The notes under the pieces: generated by a model | Told to the model about the DNA's origin: nothing | Database searches by the model: none | Seen by the model: only the letters and a program-made list of their open reading frames with translations | Assembly (NCBI GenBank): GCA_015486055.1 | Contig: WFSJ01000024.1 | Coordinates: 46,829-110,828, forward strand | Direction of reading: 5' to 3' | Length of the DNA stretch: 64,000 nucleotides | From: Acidobacteriota bacterium | GTDB taxonomy: Bacteria; Acidobacteriota; Aminicenantia; S016-38 | Translations under genes and position numbers: made by a program | Part shown: positions 58,735-64,000 of the stretch, piece after piece | Numbering within the stretch: position 1 is the stretch's first letter | Layout of the letters: every line of letters begins with the position of its first letter

Positions 58735-60023
58735 ACGCATTGGTTTCGAATATTTTCTGGTTTCTCGTCCTTCTCACTGTTCTTGTTGTAGCCCATGAAT
58801 TTGGGCACTTTGCCACAGCCAAGGCGCTTAAAATAGGGGTTGAAGTTTTTTCCATTGGCTTTGGGCCGAGGATATTAGGGTTTAAAAGGAGAGAAACAGA
58901 CTACAGGGTAAGCATTGTTCCCCTTGGGGGGTATGTAAAACTTATGGGTGAAGAGAAAAGCAGTGGTGACCCAAGAGAATTTCTCTCAAGACCAAAGTGG
59001 CAAAAACTCCTTGTCTTGATTATGGGCCCTGTGATGAACATTATTGTGGCTGTGGGAGTTCTTACAGGAGTGTATATGGCAGGCCTTAAAGAGCCTGCTT
59101 TTTACTCGCAGCCTGTTGTGGTAGGATGGGTTGAGCCCGGTTCTCCTGCGGCTCAGGCAGGGATAATGAAGGGTGACAGAATAATAAAGATAGATAATGA
59201 AGAAAACCCGACGTGGAGGGATTTAAGGGTTATAATCTCGACAAGCGGTGGGGATAAAACGGAAGTCGTACTTAGACGGGGAGATAAGGAAATTAGAACT
59301 ACTATTGTTCCTGAGAAGGTGGGAAGATACAGCCTTGGTTATTCAGGAATCTATGTGCCGACAGAAGCGATTATCGGGGTCCTCCTCCCGGGAAAGCCGG
59401 CTCAAAAGGCAGGCCTGAAACCTATGGACAGGATAATTAAAGTGAATGGGGAAAAGGTAAAAGACTTTTATAATCTAAGGGATCTTATATCAGAGAACAG
59501 GGGCAAGGAATTAGAGCTAACAATAGAAAGAAAAGGAAGAATTCTTAAATTTAGAGTGAAGCCTGAGAAAGAAGGGGACAGATGGCTTATAGGTTTTTTA
59601 CCTTATCAACCCACTTCTAAAAAGAAATATCCTATTATAAAGGCTGTTGGGGCAAGCTTCAGGGAAAATCTTTATTATACCACTATGACCTTTGATGTTC
59701 TTGCAAAGCTTATTGCAGGAAAGCTTTCACCAAAGACCCTATCGGGGCCTCTTGATATTGCTCAGTTCTCTTCGGCCACAGCAGCGGCAGGGGTTATTCC
59801 ATTTCTTGCCTTTCTTGCCTTTGTCTCTCTTCAGCTTGCCATAATAAACCTGGTGCCGATTCCGGGTCTTGACGGAGGGCAAATATTTATACTTTTAATA
59901 GAAGCAGGGATTGGAAGGGATTTAAGCGATAAGGCAAAAGATTGGATATTGAAATTCGGATTTGCTTTCATAATCCTTCTTTCCGTATTTGTTTTGCTCA
60001 ATGATATATTAAAGAGAATATGA
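58731..60023 (+). CDS. rseP: RIP site-2 metalloprotease RseP (M50)
   Basis: HEFGH in the first TM segment, two PDZ-like segments, NL.PIP.LDGG. GTG start. Confidence 0.9.
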   Translation: MNALVSNIFWFLVLLTVLVVAHEFGHFATAKALKIGVEVFSIGFGPRILGFKRRETDYRVSIVPLGGYVKLMGEEKSSGDPREFLSRPKWQKLLVLIMGPVMNIIVAVGVLTGVYMAGLKEPAFYSQPVVVGWVEPGSPAAQAGIMKGDRIIKIDNEENPTWRDLRVIISTSGGDKTEVVLRRGDKEIRTTIVPEKVGRYSLGYSGIYVPTEAIIGVLLPGKPAQKAGLKPMDRIIKVNGEKVKDFYNLRDLISENRGKELELTIERKGRILKFRVKPEKEGDRWLIGFLPYQPTSKKKYPIIKAVGASFRENLYYTTMTFDVLAKLIAGKLSPKTLSGPLDIAQFSSATAAAGVIPFLAFLAFVSLQLAIINLVPIPGLDGGQIFILLIEAGIGRDLSDKAKDWILKFGFAFIILLSVFVLLNDILKRI

Positions 60024-61075
60024 AAAAGACTCTCCAGATCAGGGTGGGAAATGTAACAATTGGCGGGGATGCCCCGATAAGGGTGCAGTCTATGACAAAG
60101 ACAGATACAGAGGACTGGAAATCCACCCTTTATCAGATAAAAGAGCTTGCAGATATGGGGTGCGAAATAATAAGGGTTGCTGTCCCTGCAAGATCGGCTC
60201 TTCCTGCTCTTGAAAAAATAGTGAAAAACTCACCTATCCCGGTCATCTCGGATATACATTTTGACTGGCGGCTTGCGGTTGAATCAGCAAAGAGGGGGGC
60301 CCACGGCCTTAGAATAAACCCTGGGAATATTGGAGAAAAGCAAAAAATTGAGAAGATTATAGAAGCTGCAAGAGATGCTAAGATACCCATAAGGATCGGT
60401 GTTAACTCGGGCTCAATAGAAAAAAGGCTTCTTGAAAAATATGGGGGTCCCACATCGGATGCAATGGTTGAAAGCGCAATGGATCATGTGAAGTTTTTTG
60501 AATCGCTTGATTTCAGGTATATAAAGCTTTCTCTTAAAGCCTCAGAAGTAGGCAGAACGATTGAAGCATATAGAAAGATATCAAAGCTTGTTCCATATCC
60601 ACTCCATGTTGGAATAACTGAAGCTGGGACACTTCTTACAGGAACCGTTAAGAGTTCTGTAGGAATAGGAATTCTCCTCCAAGAGGGCATAGGAGATACT
60701 ATAAGGGTTTCCCTTGCGGCTCACCCAAAATACGAAGTAAAGGTTGGCTGGGAGATCCTTAAGGCATTGGGTCTGAGGAAAAGAGGTGTTGAGATAATAG
60801 CCTGTCCTACATGTGGGAGGCTTGAGGTTAACCTTCTTCCCATTGTGGAAGAGGTCGAGAAGAGAATTGAAAAGCTGAACGTGCCCTTAAAAGTAGCGAT
60901 AATGGGTTGTGTTGTGAATGGGCCTGGCGAGGCCAAGGAGGCCGACATAGGTCTTGCCTGCGGAAGAGGAGTGGGGATAATATTTGAGAAGGGAAAAATT
61001 GTGGAGAGGGTTAAGGAAAAGGAAATGGTTGAGAGACTTGTGGACAGAATATTTAAAATGGCAGATAGGCTCTGA
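60020..61075 (+). CDS. ispG: 4-hydroxy-3-methylbut-2-enyl-diphosphate synthase
   Basis: VQSMT.T.T.D, RINPGN, SCPTCGR-type CPTCGR and MGC.VNGPGE Fe-S cysteines. Confidence 0.95.
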   Translation: MKKTLQIRVGNVTIGGDAPIRVQSMTKTDTEDWKSTLYQIKELADMGCEIIRVAVPARSALPALEKIVKNSPIPVISDIHFDWRLAVESAKRGAHGLRINPGNIGEKQKIEKIIEAARDAKIPIRIGVNSGSIEKRLLEKYGGPTSDAMVESAMDHVKFFESLDFRYIKLSLKASEVGRTIEAYRKISKLVPYPLHVGITEAGTLLTGTVKSSVGIGILLQEGIGDTIRVSLAAHPKYEVKVGWEILKALGLRKRGVEIIACPTCGRLEVNLLPIVEEVEKRIEKLNVPLKVAIMGCVVNGPGEAKEADIGLACGRGVGIIFEKGKIVERVKEKEMVERLVDRIFKMADRL

Positions 61076-61086
61076 GCGAGAAAACT

Positions 61087-61848
61087 TCAGCCAAGGGATC
61101 TACTTTTCATCAGCTTGAGAATTTCCTTTGAGAGCTTCTCAATGGGAACGCTGTATTTTCTGAAAGCTATTTTATCAAGCGGAGTTTCTCCGAAACCGAT
61201 TATTATGAGCTTTCCTCCATTTTCTACTGTATAGAGAGGAAGAGATGCTGCTGGTTGAATGACAAGACTTGAGCCAAAAACTATGCATAGGTCAGAATTG
61301 GACGCAGCCCTTTGAGATCGGAAGAGAGCATCATAGGGAAGAGCTTCTCCAAAGAAGACTATATCTGGCTTCACCGTTCCACCGCAGGATGAGCATTTTG
61401 GCACATTTCCGAATTTGGCTTCATTTATGTAATCCTGCTTTGCGAATTGCCTCCCGCATTTTATACAGTGAGCAGTTTCAAGAGTTCCATGAAGTTCCGC
61501 CACATTTTTTGTTCCAGCCTTTTGGTGAAGCCCATCTATGTTTTGAGTTGCTACAAGGGATAATTTACCAACCTTCTCAAGTTCTGTTATTAAATAATGA
61601 GCTGGATTTGGTTCCGCATGGAGGATTTTGGATGCAAGAGGTGCTATTGCTTTATAGAATACATTTGGATTTTTGTAGAATACTTCTATGTCAAATACAC
61701 TGGTCGACTGAGTTTCGTAAAATCCTCCTGGACCTCTAAAATCGGGTATTCCGCTTGAGGTGCTTATACCTGCTCCTGTTAAGACAAAGATATTATTTGC
61801 TCCAAGAATTGTTTCATACAACTCCTGTACGAGATTTTCAATCTCCAT
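61087..61848 (-). CDS. cobB: NAD-dependent protein deacylase (class U/III sirtuin)
   Basis: GAGISTSSGIPDFRG, TQNIDGLH, zinc ribbon CIKCG....CSSCGG, GSSL.V.PA. Confidence 0.88.
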   Translation of the reverse strand: MEIENLVQELYETILGANNIFVLTGAGISTSSGIPDFRGPGGFYETQSTSVFDIEVFYKNPNVFYKAIAPLASKILHAEPNPAHYLITELEKVGKLSLVATQNIDGLHQKAGTKNVAELHGTLETAHCIKCGRQFAKQDYINEAKFGNVPKCSSCGGTVKPDIVFFGEALPYDALFRSQRAASNSDLCIVFGSSLVIQPAASLPLYTVENGGKLIIIGFGETPLDKIAFRKYSVPIEKLSKEILKLMKSRSLG

Positions 61849-61877
61849 TTTTCAGAAGGGGCAAAACCCCATCGTGT

Positions 61878-63110
61878 TTATTTGAATATTTTCTTCAGTC
61901 CTGATACGGCCACCGACAGGTGCTTTCCACTCATGCTTGAAGCTGGTCTGGGACTTGACCACATAAATTTGGCTACATCCACAAGAGGGATATCCCAGCT
62001 AAAATTCTTGTTCATGAGTTTTATAAGCTCGTTTGCGATGAGAGCGTATCCTATGGTTGAAGGGTGAACTCCATCAAGTGAAAACAATCCTCCTGTAATA
62101 TATTCTGAGGTGAGAGTGATCCCTCCTACAGTGATTCCACCGTTTGAGGCTTGCTCAAGGAGTTTGTTTGAATCGAAAAGAGCAATATTATATTTGGAAG
62201 CGAGGGATTTTATCTCTGAGTTGAAAGCCTTAACTCTGTTTTCCACTATTTTTCTTTCCTGTGAGTCAAGAACATCTTCGTCTGGAAGGGGAAGGCCAGT
62301 GCCACCCAGAGCTGCAGGGATTCCGTATCCGTTATTCAGATCTCCCATAGCTGAAAGGAGAACGAGGTCATTGTCTGTAAGCTGTCCCTTGGGGCCTATT
62401 AGATAAACCTTCTGGCCATTTACAGTAATATAAGGTTTTATATAGGTTGTATATGGAATCAGTGTAATTTTTGGAATTGTTATCATAACAATCTTTGCAC
62501 TTGTGCTTGTTTTAAGAGCTCCAACTATTGCTTCCATGTTAGATTTAAAATACGAAAGTGGGACTATTGTCGAGCCCTCTATTACTCTTCCTGAGATAAC
62601 TGCCCCTAGGACATCATTGTTCCCTATCCATAGGGTAATTATTTTTGGAGAGAGCGCAATTCCTTCTTGAAGCTGAGTCCCAAGTCCCCTGAGGATTATA
62701 TCATGGAAGCCGCCGCCATCAGTGACCGTGCTTAACATGTCGTAAGTGGTTGCTCCCGGAATACCGAGATCGTTATATGGGGCAGGATAGGTGAGATTTT
62801 CTGGATGGCCATAGCTATAAGATGTTGGAATTACTGTAATATTTCCCTTTGCGTCAAGAGTTAACTTTAAAAGTGGTGGAATACCTGGAGGTGAAATTAA
62901 GGGAAGGGCGAAATTTCTCGCGCCTGCCTGTTTTGCTATAAGTGCAGGAAAGCTAACCTTCTGGTAATAATCAACAAGTCCTCCGTCCTGAAATCCAGCG
63001 GTGAGACTATCCCCTAAGGCCACATATTTCTGAAAATAGTCCTTGTAGCTCTGTGAAAATCCGAAGGTTGCAATGGCCGTAAGGATAATGATTGATAAAA
63101 ACTTTCTCAT
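61878..63110 (-). CDS. secreted SGNH/GDSL-family hydrolase (lipase/esterase-like)
   Basis: Signal peptide MRKFLSIIILTAIATFGFS, block I GDSLTAG, block III GNND, block V DGVHPS. GGAGGG SD. Confidence 0.8.
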   Translation of the reverse strand: MRKFLSIIILTAIATFGFSQSYKDYFQKYVALGDSLTAGFQDGGLVDYYQKVSFPALIAKQAGARNFALPLISPPGIPPLLKLTLDAKGNITVIPTSYSYGHPENLTYPAPYNDLGIPGATTYDMLSTVTDGGGFHDIILRGLGTQLQEGIALSPKIITLWIGNNDVLGAVISGRVIEGSTIVPLSYFKSNMEAIVGALKTSTSAKIVMITIPKITLIPYTTYIKPYITVNGQKVYLIGPKGQLTDNDLVLLSAMGDLNNGYGIPAALGGTGLPLPDEDVLDSQERKIVENRVKAFNSEIKSLASKYNIALFDSNKLLEQASNGGITVGGITLTSEYITGGLFSLDGVHPSTIGYALIANELIKLMNKNFSWDIPLVDVAKFMWSSPRPASSMSGKHLSVAVSGLKKIFK

Positions 63111-63122
63111 TTAATTCCCTCC

Positions 63123-64000
63123 TTAGAACCTGTATCCGAAGTCTATGCCAAGCAGCAGGGCATTAGTCTTGAAGGTTCCTTCATATCCATATTTGTTTTT
63201 TCCCTCTGTGCTTCTGTCCTCCCCAAGAAGGTAAATTCCTGTAATGTCAACGTAGAGGTTCTCATTGATGTCCTTTCCGAGTCCCAAGGAAATAAGATGC
63301 CTCGTGGTATCTGGGAGGATAGGGGTTACTGATTCGGGTTCTGCAGCTTTCTGGTCATAAACATATCCTGCTCTGAGGTAGGTTCCCTCTTTCACTTTAT
63401 ATTCAACTCCAAACCTGCCGGTAAAGTTGTTCTTGTAATATTCCTTAATTTCTTCAGAGGAAGGATTTAGCTGTGGATAATCGGTGAAACTTACAGGAAG
63501 CTCTTTATACATGCTCCAGAATGTGTATCCGAGATCAAACTCGAAGGAAAGCTTTTCAGTAGGATAAAATGCAACGCCTCCACCAATGTAGGATGGGTAT
63601 TTTATGGAAGCTTTAACATTGAGGTCCTTGTTGAAGGGCAGTAAAGTGGATACAATGCCGTCAAAGACTGAATTTCCTGTGGGGATCTGAGTTAGGTTTG
63701 CAGTACCCTTATAGTTGGCTTTCTGATGATGTCTGTAAGTGAGCCCGAAGCTAAATTTTTCGCTGGGTTTTACAAGAATTCCCGCATTAAAGCCGAGAGT
63801 TCCCTTCCAGTTTGAGTCCATCAGGGCGGTTCCAACATCCTCAATTTTGAAACTGAATGGATTATAAGCAGGGAGATATTGTTCCATATGTACCTTTGAG
63901 AAGGAGTATTGAAGTCCTACTCCCAGGGAAACTGCGTCCGAGAATTTGTAAGCAATCACAGGATTTAACGTTACCATTTTGATATAGCTGTTTGTTGAAA
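63123..64000 (-). CDS. outer-membrane transport protein, OMPP1/FadL/TodX family (5'-partial, runs off the window)
   Basis: Beta-strand periodicity throughout, C-terminal LLGIDFGYRF barrel signature. The frame stays open upstream of the listed Met to the window edge. Confidence 0.75.
   Translation of the reverse strand, partial: STNSYIKMVTLNPVIAYKFSDAVSLGVGLQYSFSKVHMEQYLPAYNPFSFKIEDVGTALMDSNWKGTLGFNAGILVKPSEKFSFGLTYRHHQKANYKGTANLTQIPTGNSVFDGIVSTLLPFNKDLNVKASIKYPSYIGGGVAFYPTEKLSFEFDLGYTFWSMYKELPVSFTDYPQLNPSSEEIKEYYKNNFTGRFGVEYKVKEGTYLRAGYVYDQKAAEPESVTPILPDTTRHLISLGLGKDINENLYVDITGIYLLGEDRSTEGKNKYGYEGTFKTNALLLGIDFGYRF

Noticed and set aside
61087-61848. SIR2-domain protein as an anti-phage defence effector (Thoeris/DSR-like)
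   Set aside because: At 253 aa it has a complete sirtuin deacylase signature and a Cys4 zinc ribbon. It has no fused or adjacent sensor domain and a housekeeping context.
61858-61870. GGGGCAAAACCCC hairpin between the SGNH hydrolase and sirtuin genes as a terminator
   Set aside because: The stem is a 4-bp GC stem with a 5-nt loop and no T-run on the transcribed (minus) strand. It more likely has no function or only a minor attenuating role.

Overview
Very gene-dense, AT-leaning chromosomal segment with about 70 CDS and one tRNA. Most intergenic spacers are under 70 bp, and many genes are joined by ATGA/TGATG/GTGA/TTGA stop-start overlaps. Gene content points to a diderm bacterium: heptose-LPS genes hldA/hldC, MlaEFD, FadL, RseP, and type IV pilus parts PilT/PilD. 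Lys/Glu/Ile-rich proteins and several thermophile- or archaeal-type enzymes (two-domain CxxC protein disulfide oxidoreductase, ApgM-type phosphoglycerate mutase, Clp1-type kinase) suggest a thermophilic or deep-branching lineage. I cannot assign a phylum from sequence alone. Content is overwhelmingly housekeeping: hrcA-grpE-dnaK-dnaJ; recX-alaS; (lolB-like)-ispE-tRNA-Gln-prs-ctc-pth; rpsF-rpsR-rplI-dnaB-alr; mlaEFD-radA; uvrC-acpS-yggS-yggT-divIVA-yggU; uppS-cdsA-dxr-rseP-ispG. I found no CRISPR array, transposase or IS element, prophage block, reverse transcriptase, recognisable defence island, or long non-coding stretch. I therefore do not see a self-contained, obviously novel multi-gene system. 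Nine observations are most worth a second look. (1) A MlaEFD-only operon has an elongated MlaD with an outer-membrane-barrel-like C-terminus. (2) A recurrent -10 box sits 6-10 nt before SD-less start codons, implying widespread leaderless mRNAs. (3) The coaE Walker A is encoded upstream of any canonical start codon, in a TAATC overlap. (4) An OPT transporter, an orphan PqqD/RRE-like protein and a TlpA-like redoxin form one operon. (5) A serine-palmitoyltransferase-like alpha-oxoamine synthase is coupled to a GAMEN-less M1-type peptidase and diverges from an SDR. (6) A bacterial Clp1-family polynucleotide kinase is present. (7) A stand-alone proteasome-beta-like Ntn hydrolase has Ser at the nucleophile position. 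(8) A tRNA-Gln overlaps the ispE stop codon. (9) The hrcA operon has no CIRCE element. All functional calls come from motif recognition by eye; no database search was run.
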